A DNA stretch of 64,000 nucleotides from Candidatus Poribacteria bacterium. GTDB lineage: Bacteria; Poribacteria; WGA-4E; WGA-3G. The notes below the pieces were generated by a model. The model was not told the DNA's origin, did not search any database, and saw nothing but the letters and a program-made list of their open reading frames with translations. Below are positions 37,825 through 48,387 of this stretch, piece after piece; position 1 is the first letter of the stretch; every line of letters starts with the position of its first letter. The stretch lies in assembly GCA_965242965.1 (NCBI GenBank), contig OZ251518.1, forward strand, positions 3,712,001-3,776,000, in the 5' to 3' direction. The position numbers and the translations under genes were made by a program.

Positions 37825-39156
37825 CTACGACTGCGAACCTTTGGCACGAATAAACAGCCGCGTGATGAAGTTCCCGTCAATGTCCGTGATTTCAAATTCA
37901 AGTCCGTTATCGTCAACGGACGATTCACCGACGGCGGGGATGCGTCCGAAGAGCCCGAAGGCGTAACCGCCGATGGTATCGGCACCTTCTTCGCTCAGTT
38001 TGAGTCCAAACTGTTGGTTGAGTTCACGGACGCTCACGCGTCCGGAAGTCTCTAACGACAGCGGTTCTTCGGTGTGTTGGATATAGAGAAATTCAGCGGG
38101 CATGTCGTGTTCATCGACGATGTCGCCGACAACCTGCTCGATGATATCCTCAGTAGTGACGATGCCGGAAACGCCGCCGTATTCATCAAGGAGAATCGCC
38201 ATTTTGGTTTTTTCGCGAGCCAGTTGCGGCAGCACCATGCCGATTTTTCGGGTTTCAGGCACCCGAATCGGTTCACGGATGAGCGGTGCGCTGAGTGCCT
38301 GCGGTTGCGCCTCCCGCATTGCGAGGAACGCTTCAAGCGTCAGCGACTCCAACTCCAAATGTGGCCACTGCGCCAGGTCCTTCACGTAGAAGATGCCGCA
38401 GATATTGTCAATCTGTTCTTGATAGACAGGGATGCGTGAGAACCCGGATTCCTTCGCGCGACTCAAAGTGGCGTGAAGTGTCTCGGAAGTCGGTACGGCG
38501 ATGACAGCGGTTCGTGGCACCATAATTTCTTTCGCTTCAATGTCGCGCAATTGCAGGATATTCATGACAATTTCGCGTTCATCAGGCGGGAGTGCTTCTT
38601 CGTGATAGGTATCAACGATGTTTTGAAAATCCGTTGCAGTCAGCTGTTCACTGGGTGCGAAGTTGCCGCCGAATATGGGCGCGAGGATGTCAATAATCTT
38701 GCGCAAAACGGCGCGCACCGGCGTAATCACAACGGAGAAGCCCCACAGCGGGGGTGCTGTCCATGATGCAAAGGGTTCGGCGTATTTAATCGCGAATGTC
38801 TTCGGTGCCAGTTCGCCGAAAATGAGCATCAGGAGCACGCTGAACGTCGTCGCCGCGGCCAGTTGGATGACTTCGGTGTATGCCGGGTGCGGTAGCACGC
38901 GTCGGATTACCCACAGCATGAGGATGGCGAACGCGACGTTGACGAGGTTATTACCGAGCAACACGGTAATAAACAACCGACGCGGGTTGTCAACGAAGTT
39001 CACAATCGCTGTTGAACCGCGCTTTTTGAGACGAAGCCGCTCGATTTGCACCCGAGTCAACGCGCACAACGCCGTTTCGGAACCGGAGAAAAATCCGGAC
39101 AGCATGAGTAGCCCGACTAAACTGAGCAGATAGGGGAGTAGTGGAACAACTTCCAT
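37825..39156 (-). CDS. HlyC/CorC family CNNM + CBS + CorC protein (second paralogue)
   Basis: FFSGSETAL, FGELAPK, MVPRT, DEYGG; start at ATG 39156. Confidence 0.93.
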   Translation of the reverse strand: MEVVPLLPYLLSLVGLLMLSGFFSGSETALCALTRVQIERLRLKKRGSTAIVNFVDNPRRLFITVLLGNNLVNVAFAILMLWVIRRVLPHPAYTEVIQLAAATTFSVLLMLIFGELAPKTFAIKYAEPFASWTAPPLWGFSVVITPVRAVLRKIIDILAPIFGGNFAPSEQLTATDFQNIVDTYHEEALPPDEREIVMNILQLRDIEAKEIMVPRTAVIAVPTSETLHATLSRAKESGFSRIPVYQEQIDNICGIFYVKDLAQWPHLELESLTLEAFLAMREAQPQALSAPLIREPIRVPETRKIGMVLPQLAREKTKMAILLDEYGGVSGIVTTEDIIEQVVGDIVDEHDMPAEFLYIQHTEEPLSLETSGRVSVRELNQQFGLKLSEEGADTIGGYAFGLFGRIPAVGESSVDDNGLEFEITDIDGNFITRLFIRAKGSQS

Positions 39157-39305
39157 GTTTTTTGAACCTACGGGAGACTTATGAGGGTTGCTGCGGCTGC
39201 CCAAGCCTTTTTGGCGACAATGAGTTGACAGTGACGCGCAACCGTCCGTTAGGATAACTATCTTTTTAAATCATAACATATTCGCAAACGGATTGCAAGA
39301 AAAAA

Positions 39306-39950
39306 ATGATGACAAAATTAGAACAGATGCAGTGCATCGAGGCGTGCGGCATTATTGCCATCATTCGTGCCAATAGCGCGAACGAACTCATGAAAGCCGC
39401 CGAGGCGATTCACGCCGGTGGTGTTAACGTTATTGAAGTGACGATGACAACGCCGAATGCGTTACAAGTTATCGGCGATGTTGCCGCGGCACACGGCGAT
39501 GCTATCCTTGTCGGTGCCGGTTCCGTGCTTGATGCTGCAACGGCGCGCGCCGTGATACTCGCCGGCGCGGAGTTCATCGTCAGTCCTGTCACCAAACCGG
39601 ATGTGATTGACGTGTGCAACCGGTACGGCAAAGTCGTTATGCCAGGCGCGTTTACGCCGACAGAGATTTTGGCGGCGTGGGAGAACGGCGCAGATTACGT
39701 CAAGGTGTTTCCCGCAGGGGCAGTCGGTGCCGCCTACATCAAAGATGTGAAGGCACCGCTGCCGCAGATTCCCCTCGTGCCGACAGGCGGCATCAACGCC
39801 GAGAACGCCGCCGAGTTCCTCGCCGCGGGTGCCACTGCATTAGGTGTCGGAAGTGCGCTGGTGGAGAATCGCCTCATTGAAGCCGGCGCATTCAACGTGC
39901 TTACCGAACGCGCACAAAAATTGGTAGCCGCTGTGCAATCCGCGCGGTAA
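39306..39950 (+). CDS. eda: KDPG/KHG aldolase
   Basis: IEVTM, GAGSVL, TPTEI, VKVFPA, PTGGI. Confidence 0.93.
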   Translation: MMTKLEQMQCIEACGIIAIIRANSANELMKAAEAIHAGGVNVIEVTMTTPNALQVIGDVAAAHGDAILVGAGSVLDAATARAVILAGAEFIVSPVTKPDVIDVCNRYGKVVMPGAFTPTEILAAWENGADYVKVFPAGAVGAAYIKDVKAPLPQIPLVPTGGINAENAAEFLAAGATALGVGSALVENRLIEAGAFNVLTERAQKLVAAVQSAR

Positions 39951-39972
39951 ACGGCGGCAATCGTGAATTTTC

Positions 39973-40001
39973 TTGACAATTCATCGCGTTTTTGCTAATG
40001 T
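39973..40001 (+). promoter_or_regulatory. Probable sigma-70 promoter of the kinase gene
   Basis: TTGACA-N17-TAATGT with a preceding TG. Confidence 0.5.
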
Positions 40002-40069
40002 TAACGCAACGGGTAGCAAGTCTGGTTACGAAAGAACACTTCCCTCAATCTTTAATCTAGCGAGTCACC

Positions 40070-42049
40070 ATGAAGGTTAACGAACAAATCTTAGGCAAAT
40101 ACAAGATAGTGGAGGTTCTGGGTAGCGGGAGTTTTTCTACCGTCTATCGCGCAGACGAGGAGATGACCGGACGTGCTGTCGCAATCAAGGCCCTAGATGA
40201 AGCCCCTTATTTAGAGGGACGCATGAAGTATCTCCACAACGAGATTCGCGCAATGTCAAAGATTTGGGGACACCCCAACATCGTCTCGATTCATACCGTT
40301 GAGCCCCGCCACGATAAGTATATAGCGTTGATTGTCATGGAATATGTTGAGGGGAAAAGCCTGCACGAGTTGATGCAGAACGGCGCGCTGAACATGAAGG
40401 AGGCACTCAATATCGGCCTTGATATCTGTTGCGGGTTAAAAATGGCGCATTCCGAAAAGATTCTGCACCGCGACCTGAAACCGGAGAACATACTGCTCAC
40501 TGCGGAGAACCAGGCGAAAGTCGCTGATTTCGGCATCGCGCGCACGCTCAGCGATGCCACCGCATTCGCGGGGACGGTGACGGGCACCCGACGGTATATG
40601 GCCCCCGAGCAGAGCTTCGGTGAGTATGACTTTCGCGTAGATCTTTATGCTACCGGTTTAATCATCTATCAGGCAGTAACCGGTCGCTTTCCGTTTTCTG
40701 CGGAGAAGGAGGATATGGATAAGCAGAAAGCCGGCGGCGAGATTGAAGATTTGGAGGTGTGTCCTGAACCGTTGCAAGATTTTTTCCAGAAGGCCCTCCA
40801 TCACGAGCCGGATGCGCGTTACCAGACAGCCGATGAGATGTATGATGCGTTGAGCGGGATTCAGCAGAGTGAATACATCAAGTATGCCACGTCACTCATT
40901 AACGAGGCAACCAGCGGGCGGCGGAAAACGTCGCTTGCGGGTGCCCTTGAGCGTGGTAGAAAAACCTTCCGCCTCTCGCGTGAGGAGGCGGAGCGGATTA
41001 ACCAAAATCTCTTTTACAAACACCAGCGCGGAGAATTAAACCACAAAAGAGAGAAGTTGGTAGCGCAGCTCACCCAATTTTACGATGAGGCGGCTCAGCG
41101 TGCGCATGCGTATGAATATCGGCGCGTTATTTCGGAAGTCCACAAGGCAAATCGTCTCTGTCTGAAGGAATATGTCCCGCAAAACGACGATGCCGACGGT
41201 GACGCTACGCTCCTTGAAAAGGTGGATGACGTTTTCCATCACCTCAGTGCCTGGGAGAACCTGTCAAACGCGAACGCACCGACGGTGGATAGCGTTATTG
41301 AACTCATCCATAAATTGCCGACGAACGAAGAGGCACTCCTCAAGGCATGGTTGGAGGGTGAAGACGCGCCTATGACAGCGGCACCTGTCCCGCCACCGCC
41401 AATTCAACCCGTTGAAAGGGCTGCCAGCAGTTACCGTCTATTGATGGAGGATGCTTCGCCGGAGTTTCTGTTGGATAAAATCCACGGCGATATCCAATAT
41501 CCGCATGAGCGCGAGGCACTTCGCATCTACCAGAAAGCCATCATTTGTATGCAACAGGAACGGGAGCGGCAGGCACGTGCGCACTATCGGAAACTCGGCG
41601 CGTTTTATCAGAAACAGGCGCACATTTTCGGGAAAGAGAACGACGCTATGGAGCTCGTCGCCAACTGTTATACGCGGGCACGGTTCGCTTACACCGCGGC
41701 AAATAAACAGCGCACCGCCAAAAGGAATGCCAGAAATGGCGGTGTCTACTACTCGCGCCTCGCACGGCGGCTTGAACTGCAGCGGGCTTGGGTGGAAGCA
41801 GGGAAATCTTATGTCCTCTCGGCGGACAATTATTCCTACGCCAAGCAGGACGCGCAAGTGGAAGAATGCTGCGCCGCCGCAACCGTCTGTTATTTCAACG
41901 CAGCGGATAGTGCCTACCTCCAAGGCGATTTGCAAACCGCCTACGACTTTTGCATGTTGATTTTGGCCATCGGCGAGAAATTGCAAACACCCACGAAAGC
42001 CGTGATTGAGACGGAGAAACTCCTCGCCGAAATCCCAGTACGGGATTGA
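40070..42049 (+). CDS. Hanks-type Ser/Thr protein kinase with C-terminal helical-repeat (TPR/SNAP-like) region
   Basis: GSGSFSTVY, VAIK, HRDLKPEN, DFG, YMAPE; no TM segment. Confidence 0.92.
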   Translation: MKVNEQILGKYKIVEVLGSGSFSTVYRADEEMTGRAVAIKALDEAPYLEGRMKYLHNEIRAMSKIWGHPNIVSIHTVEPRHDKYIALIVMEYVEGKSLHELMQNGALNMKEALNIGLDICCGLKMAHSEKILHRDLKPENILLTAENQAKVADFGIARTLSDATAFAGTVTGTRRYMAPEQSFGEYDFRVDLYATGLIIYQAVTGRFPFSAEKEDMDKQKAGGEIEDLEVCPEPLQDFFQKALHHEPDARYQTADEMYDALSGIQQSEYIKYATSLINEATSGRRKTSLAGALERGRKTFRLSREEAERINQNLFYKHQRGELNHKREKLVAQLTQFYDEAAQRAHAYEYRRVISEVHKANRLCLKEYVPQNDDADGDATLLEKVDDVFHHLSAWENLSNANAPTVDSVIELIHKLPTNEEALLKAWLEGEDAPMTAAPVPPPPIQPVERAASSYRLLMEDASPEFLLDKIHGDIQYPHEREALRIYQKAIICMQQERERQARAHYRKLGAFYQKQAHIFGKENDAMELVANCYTRARFAYTAANKQRTAKRNARNGGVYYSRLARRLELQRAWVEAGKSYVLSADNYSYAKQDAQVEECCAAATVCYFNAADSAYLQGDLQTAYDFCMLILAIGEKLQTPTKAVIETEKLLAEIPVRD

Positions 42050-42214
42050 GGGTGTTTCATAACTCGCTCAACATCGCGGTGACGGGCCCCGCGATAGAGA
42101 AAAAAAGGGACGTGTCGGTAGGCGCGCCGGGTCTTGATGCCTTCGGGTAGGCGAGACCTCCTGGTCTCGATTCCCTCTGGGTAGGCGAGACCTCCTGGTC
42201 TCGATTTTGCTGAA

Positions 42215-43225
42215 GTGATAAAAATGTATGATATTCTTACCATCGGACGTAGTTCCTTGGATCTCTATGCGAATGACATCGGTGCCGCGTTTGCCGATAT
42301 TCGGAGTTTCGGCGCGTTCGTCGGGGGCTGCCCTACGAATATCAGCGTCGGCATCCAACGCCTCGGGCTCCGAGCCGCGCTCCTCACCGCTGTCGGCGAA
42401 GACCCGGTTGGCGAATTCCTGCTCAAGTTTTTGAGAAACGAAGGCGTGGAGACGCAGTTCATCGTGCACAAGCCGGGACACCGAACGAGTGCTGTCGTCC
42501 TCGGTATTGAACCGCCGGACCGGTTTCCGCTCATCTTTTATCGCGACAATTGCGCCGATATTGAGCTCACCATTGACGATGTCCTCGCCGCGCCGATTGC
42601 CGAAAGTCGAGCCGTGCTGATTAGCGGCACCGGGCTGAGCAAGGAGCCGAGTCGGAGTGCCACACTTTATGCCGCCGAAAAGGCGAAATCGGACGGAGCC
42701 GTGGTTTTCTTGGATCTGGATTTTCGGGCGGACCAGTGGCATGACCCGAGGGCGTTCGGCGTTGTCATTCGTTCTGTGTTGCCGCAGATTGACATCGCTA
42801 TCGGCACCGAAGAGGAAATCAAGGCGGCAACCTTGACGCATCTCTCGCAGCTCACGATTGCGCACTCCCAAATCTCGAATCCAGATATTAGGGGAGATAT
42901 TGCTGCGGCGATTGATACGCTTTTAAATGGCGGATTAAAGGCGTTAATAGTGAAGCGTGGTATTGAAGGCGCGGACATCCATTTAGCGAACGGGGAGAGG
43001 ATGCACGCCGCCCCTTTTCCCGTTGAGGTTTACAATACCCTCGGTGCCGGTGATGCGTTCGCCAGCGGCTTTATCTATGGTAACCTGAACGGGTGGAGTT
43101 GGGAGAAATCGGCGCGGTTTGGCAACGCAACCGGTGCGATTGTCGTTACTCGTCACGGCTGCGCCAATTTTATGCCGACGCTTCCCGAAGTGGAGGCATT
43201 TGTCGCCGAACGCGGCGGCCTGTGA
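42215..43225 (+). CDS. iolC: 5-dehydro-2-deoxygluconokinase
   Basis: IGRSSLDLY, GGCPTNI, FYRDNCAD, DLDFR, GAGDAF; adjacent to iolD. Confidence 0.93.
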   Translation: MIKMYDILTIGRSSLDLYANDIGAAFADIRSFGAFVGGCPTNISVGIQRLGLRAALLTAVGEDPVGEFLLKFLRNEGVETQFIVHKPGHRTSAVVLGIEPPDRFPLIFYRDNCADIELTIDDVLAAPIAESRAVLISGTGLSKEPSRSATLYAAEKAKSDGAVVFLDLDFRADQWHDPRAFGVVIRSVLPQIDIAIGTEEEIKAATLTHLSQLTIAHSQISNPDIRGDIAAAIDTLLNGGLKALIVKRGIEGADIHLANGERMHAAPFPVEVYNTLGAGDAFASGFIYGNLNGWSWEKSARFGNATGAIVVTRHGCANFMPTLPEVEAFVAERGGL

Positions 43226-43228
43226 AGC

Positions 43229-43271
43229 AAAGAGAAGGGAAGAGAAGAGAAGGAAAGGGAAGAGAAGAGAA
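43229..43271 (+). repeat. 43-nt purine-only tract of AGAGA/AGGGA pentamers
   Basis: Read directly; ends at the iolD SD. Confidence 0.85.
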
Positions 43272-43279
43272 TAGGAGGT

Positions 43280-45151
43280 ATGTATATGAAAACACGAAAA
43301 CTCACAATGGGACAAGCCGTTGTCAAATTTCTGGAACAACAGTTCGTTGAGCGCGATGGCAACGAAATCCAATTCTTCGCTGGGATGTTTGGCATCTTCG
43401 GGCACGGCAACGTCGCCGGCATTGGACAGGCGTTGCATCAATACGCCGACTCGTTCCGTTTTTACCAGACGCGGAATGAGCAGTCAATGGTGCACACCGC
43501 CGCTGCGTTTGCCAAGATGAACAACCGGTTGCGCGCGCTTGCTTGCACTACGTCCATCGGGCCCGGCGCGACGAACATGCTTACCGGTGCTGCCGGCGCG
43601 ACGATTAACCGATTGCCGGTGCTTCTCCTGCCGGGTGATATTTTCTCAACCCGTCTCGTTGCACCGGTGTTGCAGCAGCTTGAATCGCCGAGTTCACAAG
43701 ACTTTTCGGTGAACGATTGCTTTAAACCGATTTCGCGCTATTGGGATAGAATCAATAGGCCGGAGCAGATTATCACCGCGATGCCGGAGGCGATGCGCGT
43801 GCTTACTTCACCGGCAGAAACCGGCGCAGTCACGCTCGCACTGCCGCAAGACGTGCAAGCGGAGGCTTATGACTATCCCGTTGAACTCTTTGAAAAGCGG
43901 GTTTATCCTATCCCGCGTCAGCGCGCCGATGTGAACGCGCTCAACCGCGCAGCCGCGTGGATTCGGGAGAGCAAACGGCCGCTCATCATCGCTGGCGGCG
44001 GTGTGATTTACAGCGAAGCGACAGCGCAGCTTGCCCGATTTGCAGAACAGACAGGGATACCTGTCGGCGAGACGTTTGCAGGAAAAGGTTCACTGCACTA
44101 TAATCATCCGCAGAACCTCGGTGCAATTGGGGCGACAGGGACACCGGGCGCGAACATCACTGCCCGCGAAGCAGACCTGGTTATTGCCCTCGGCACGCGC
44201 CTGAGCGATTTTACCACCGCCTCCAAAACGGCGTTCCAGAACCCGGATGTCCGTTTCATCGGTATCAACGTTGCGGCGTTTGATGCATTCAAACATGCCG
44301 CCTTGCCGCTCGTCGCCGACGCGCGCGTCACGCTGGAAGAGCTCGCTGTCGCTGTCGGAAACTATCGGGTGGATGCGGCTTACGCGGCGCGCATTACGAA
44401 CTATCGAGACGCATGGGAAGAAGAGGTGGAGCGGCTCTATCACCTTGGCCACGCGCCGTTGCCGAGTCAGAGCGAAGTCATCGGGATTGTGAACGAGGTG
44501 TCGCGTCCGGAAGATGTGATGGTATGCGCGGCTGGCAGTCTGCCGGGCGATTTGCATAAATTGTGGCGCGCGCGCAACCCCAAGCAGTTCCATCTGGAAT
44601 ACGGCTACTCGTGCATGGGCTACGAAATCGCAGGCGGACTCGGCATCAAAATGGCAGACCCGGGGCGCGATGTCTATGTCATGGTAGGCGACGGTTCCTA
44701 TCTGATGCTCGCGCAGGAAATCATCACCTCCATTCAGGAAGGTTACAAACTGATTGTGGTGTTGGTAAACAACGATGGGCATAGTAGCATCGGCGGTTTG
44801 TCGCGCGCGACCGGGGTGCAGGGGTTTGCCACCCGTTTTCGCTATCGCGAAGAGGCGAACGGGCAGCTGGAAGGCGAATTCTTGCCGGTAGATCTTGCCG
44901 CAAACGCCGCCAGCCTCGGCGCGAACGTCATTGAAGCGAAGACGTTGCAGCAGCTCAAATCGGCATTGCACGACGCGCGCGAAGCATCGCATACCACCGT
45001 GGTGAAGATTGACGTGGACTATTACGAGCAGGTCCCGCGGTATGAATCGTGGTGGGATGTGCCTATCGCGCAAGTCTCCGAAGTTGACTCCGCGCAGGCG
45101 GCGTATGAAGAATACGAAGTTGACAAACAGAAGGAACGGTATTTTCTGTAA
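43280..45151 (+). CDS. iolD: 3D-(3,5/4)-trihydroxycyclohexane-1,2-dione acylhydrolase
   Basis: IFGHGNV, RNEQSM, SIGPGATNM, EYGYSCMGYE, VGDGSYLM, WWDVP. Confidence 0.96.
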   Translation: MYMKTRKLTMGQAVVKFLEQQFVERDGNEIQFFAGMFGIFGHGNVAGIGQALHQYADSFRFYQTRNEQSMVHTAAAFAKMNNRLRALACTTSIGPGATNMLTGAAGATINRLPVLLLPGDIFSTRLVAPVLQQLESPSSQDFSVNDCFKPISRYWDRINRPEQIITAMPEAMRVLTSPAETGAVTLALPQDVQAEAYDYPVELFEKRVYPIPRQRADVNALNRAAAWIRESKRPLIIAGGGVIYSEATAQLARFAEQTGIPVGETFAGKGSLHYNHPQNLGAIGATGTPGANITAREADLVIALGTRLSDFTTASKTAFQNPDVRFIGINVAAFDAFKHAALPLVADARVTLEELAVAVGNYRVDAAYAARITNYRDAWEEEVERLYHLGHAPLPSQSEVIGIVNEVSRPEDVMVCAAGSLPGDLHKLWRARNPKQFHLEYGYSCMGYEIAGGLGIKMADPGRDVYVMVGDGSYLMLAQEIITSIQEGYKLIVVLVNNDGHSSIGGLSRATGVQGFATRFRYREEANGQLEGEFLPVDLAANAASLGANVIEAKTLQQLKSALHDAREASHTTVVKIDVDYYEQVPRYESWWDVPIAQVSEVDSAQAAYEEYEVDKQKERYFL

Positions 45152-45201
45152 ACACCGGCACTGCCGGTAGGCGCGGTTTCAAACCGCGTCTATCGGGTTT
45201 T

Positions 45202-45456
45202 ATGAAAAGGAAAACGATGAAAGCATCAGAACTTTTAGCAAAAGTCAAAGCGGGGGAAGCCATTCCGTGCGGTAATTGCGATGGAACAATCCCCGCAGAC
45301 CAGGTTTTAGGGTTTGTCTTTAAACGCGGTGAACTGGCACCGCGCATGGAGAACGCCAACGTCGGCGACATTACATGCGTGCCGTGCCAAACCGCTGATG
45401 AGGATATTAAAATTACGCCTCGGGGCCCGGATATTAAGTTCATCCGTGGACATTAG
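45202..45456 (+). CDS. Small hypothetical protein with two CxxC pairs
   Basis: CGNC..CVPC; start 45202 or 45217. Confidence 0.6.
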   Translation: MKRKTMKASELLAKVKAGEAIPCGNCDGTIPADQVLGFVFKRGELAPRMENANVGDITCVPCQTADEDIKITPRGPDIKFIRGH

Positions 45457-45746
45457 AGGTTTCCGCTTCGTTCGTAGCGCGGGGGCCTGTCCCCCGCATT
45501 CGTTGCAAGGCGAGGGAGATCCGTAGGCATCAGGTGGTTTCCCTTTTGTTCGTAGCGCGGGGGCCTGTCCCCCGCGTTCGTTGGACGAACCTGAGTAGGA
45601 GAGACCTCCTGGTCTCGATTCCCCGCGTTCGTTTCCCGGCGAGGAACTCTAGGGGTTTCTTCGTTCGTAGCGCGGGGGCCTGTCCCCCGCGAATGTCGGG
45701 GTGCGCGGACGATGGCGAGGGACAGGCCCTCGCCCTACAGTAATGT

Positions 45747-46144
45747 GAGGGTGTTTCATATATCAATGTCTTCCCGGTAGGAGAGACCTCCCGGTCTCGA
45801 TGCATGCCGGTAGGAGAGACTTCTAGTCTCGATGTTCCCGTAGCGCGGGGGCCCTCGGATGCCATACGCGCATCCGAGAGGGTTTCCCCCGCGAGCTCCA
45901 TCGTCAAGTTATGTTTTTAGGTCCGTTAGGACCTACATGTCTATAGCAACACGTGTCGTTCCGTTGTCAAGGTCCTTTAGGACCTTAATAAAACACGCGG
46001 CCTGTCAAAAGTTATTAAGGACCTAAAGGACCTTAGGGTTCATCGCGGGCGCGTGCTATAGACATTCAGGTCCTACAGACCTGAAGAGAACAAGAGACGT
46101 TTTTTCCGTGAAGGCTCTCTTACACAGGTTTATGAAACACCCTC
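45747..46144. mobile_element. MITE-like cassette with a perfect 8-bp target-site duplication
   Basis: TIRs 45746-45760 and 46131-46145; AGTAATGT at 45739-45746 and 46145-46152. Confidence 0.85.
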
Positions 46145-46156
46145 AGTAATGTGGCT

Positions 46157-46897
46157 ATGGCAGAACAGATCGTTGGCAGGAACCCAGTCATAGAACTCTT
46201 GCGGCGTGGGACGCGCGAGATAGAGAACATCTGGATTGCCGAGGGGCACAACCACCCGCGCATCCGTCAAATTATCAGCATGGCGGAACGAAACGGCGTT
46301 CGCTATCAACGGTGTCCGCAGCAGCACTTGAACGTGCTGGAGCCCAATGTGCCGCACCAAGGCGTTATTGCCACGGTAAGCCGCACACGCTATTCGGAAC
46401 TGCCGATGCTTCTGAAGAAGGTGCAGCGTCGCAACAAGCCGGCATTGTTCGTCATGCTGGATTGCGTTCAAGACCCGAGGAACCTCGGCGCGATTCTCCG
46501 AACCGCGGCGGCGACAGATGTAGACGCGGTGCTGATTCCGAAAAACAACGCCGTGGGTGTCACCCCGGCTGTCCACAAAGCATCAGCCGGTGCGTCTGAC
46601 GCTGTGCCGATTGCCAAAGTGACTAACGTTGCGCGCACGCTTGAGACGCTCAAGGCCGCGGGCGTGTGGGTTGTCGGCTCCGCTGAGGATGCCGAACTTG
46701 CATATACCGATGCCGATTTGACGGTGCCGTTATGCCTCGTCTTAGGCGGTGAAGCGGATGGCATCCGGCGGCTCGTCAAGCAGAAATGCGACTACCTCGT
46801 CCGGCTCCCGACGTTAGGACAAATTGCGTCGCTCAACGTCTCGGTAGCGGCAGGCGTGCTGCTTTACGAGGCGTTACGGCAGCGCGAGGTGATATAG
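46157..46897 (+). CDS. rlmB: 23S rRNA Gm2251 2'-O-methyltransferase
   Basis: GRNPVIE, HQGVIA, DPRNLGAILR, KASAGA, SLNVSVA. Confidence 0.95.
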   Translation: MAEQIVGRNPVIELLRRGTREIENIWIAEGHNHPRIRQIISMAERNGVRYQRCPQQHLNVLEPNVPHQGVIATVSRTRYSELPMLLKKVQRRNKPALFVMLDCVQDPRNLGAILRTAAATDVDAVLIPKNNAVGVTPAVHKASAGASDAVPIAKVTNVARTLETLKAAGVWVVGSAEDAELAYTDADLTVPLCLVLGGEADGIRRLVKQKCDYLVRLPTLGQIASLNVSVAAGVLLYEALRQREVI

Positions 46898-46911
46898 GCG
46901 TGTGTGCGCGC

Positions 46912-47419
46912 TGTAGGAGAGACCTCCCGGTCTCGATGCAATAGGGCTGCGCGCCTCCCGGGGCCTCGGCGGCAGAAAGCCCCCTTCATCGTAGGCGTGG
47001 GCCCTCGCAGGTTTCCACACGCGCCTGCGAGCGGGTTTTCCTCGCCATTGTCCGCGCAATCCAACGCGCGCGGGGGACAGGCCCCCACACTACGAAAAAA
47101 ACGTCTCTTAGGTCCGTAGGACCTTAATGTCTATAGCACGCTCGCCTGCGAAGAATGCTAAGGTCCTTTAGGTCCTTAATAGGTTTTGCCATGTGGCGCG
47201 TGTTTTTATTAAGGACCTAAAGGACCTTGAAAACGGCACGACCTGTGTTTCTATAGACATGTAGGTCCTAAAGGACCTAAAACGCCACCTCTTGACAATG
47301 GAGATTGCGGGGGACAGGCCCCCGCGCTACGGGCACATCGAGACCAGGAGGTCTCTCCTACCGGAAATCGAGCCCCGAGGTCTCTCCTACCGAACACATC
47401 GAAATATGAAACACCCTCA
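46912..47419. repeat. REP array with ~170-bp palindrome (47109-47279), ending in a TIR
   Basis: TATGAAACACCCTCA at 47405-47419 overlaps the radC stop. Confidence 0.88.
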
Positions 47420-48151
47420 AATAAATCCTTCCTCCTTCAGACTGACGAAGACACCGTCGCCGATGATGACGTGATCCAGCACCTTAATGCCGATGTGATT
47501 TCCCGCTTCGATGAGTTGTTTCGTCGCACGGATGTCCTCTTGACTCGGCTGCGCATCGCCTGAGGGATGGTTATGCGCGAGGACGATGGAATTCGCCGAT
47601 TCCTCAATCGCGAAGCGGAAGATTTCGCGCGGATGAAAGACGCTAGCGTTGAGCGTGCCTTCAAAAATCGTGGTTTCTGCAAGTTTCTTGCCCCAGCCGA
47701 CATCGCCAGCGACACCTTTCGTTGTGACACCGCCTTTTGTGTCAAGGCAGAGCACACAGACGATTTCTTTTTTCAGGTAGCGCATTTTGGACATCAGCAG
47801 GTCAGCCACATCGCTTGGGGCGGTAATTTTCTCGCGTTCGCCGTGGAAGCGTGCCAGCCGTTTGCCGAGTTCCAGCGCGGCGACGATTTCCGCGGCTTTC
47901 GCTTTGCCGACACCTTTGATTTTCTCGAACCGCTGCGCGCGGGTATCCGCCATCTCCTTCAGATCGCCCTGATAAGCGACGAGTATCTGTTCGCCGAGTT
48001 CAAGAGCGGTAGTGCCTTTAAAACCGCTTTTGAGCAAGATCGCGAGGAGTTCGGAGTCTTTCAGGGTTTCGGGTCCGTGTTTCAGTAGCCGCTCGCGCGG
48101 ACGTTCGTCTGCCGGCAGGTCCTTCATGCGTGGACGAGTTGCGTTATACAT
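47417..48151 (-). CDS. radC: RadC family JAB/MPN protein
   Basis: RPRERL, ELLAILL, KGVG.AKA, HPREIF, HNHPSGD..PSQED, LDHVIIG. Confidence 0.95.
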   Translation of the reverse strand: MYNATRPRMKDLPADERPRERLLKHGPETLKDSELLAILLKSGFKGTTALELGEQILVAYQGDLKEMADTRAQRFEKIKGVGKAKAAEIVAALELGKRLARFHGEREKITAPSDVADLLMSKMRYLKKEIVCVLCLDTKGGVTTKGVAGDVGWGKKLAETTIFEGTLNASVFHPREIFRFAIEESANSIVLAHNHPSGDAQPSQEDIRATKQLIEAGNHIGIKVLDHVIIGDGVFVSLKEEGFI

Positions 48152-48387
48152 TGCATTCCTTTCAGTTAATAGAAAATGTTAAGGATAGTATACCTATTTT
48201 TCGAGATAAATGCAAACGGTTTTTTTCCCTTGACATTTTCTGCAGGGAGATGTTATCATTGCAAGCGCGCTTGTGAAGCGTTACGTCCGCGAATCAGGGA
48301 GCGAGCTTGTCAACTTCCTTTTCGCGAACGTCCCTTTGAAACATACAGAGAAGAACGTCATTGCACCGACAACCGTTAGTGAACGCC

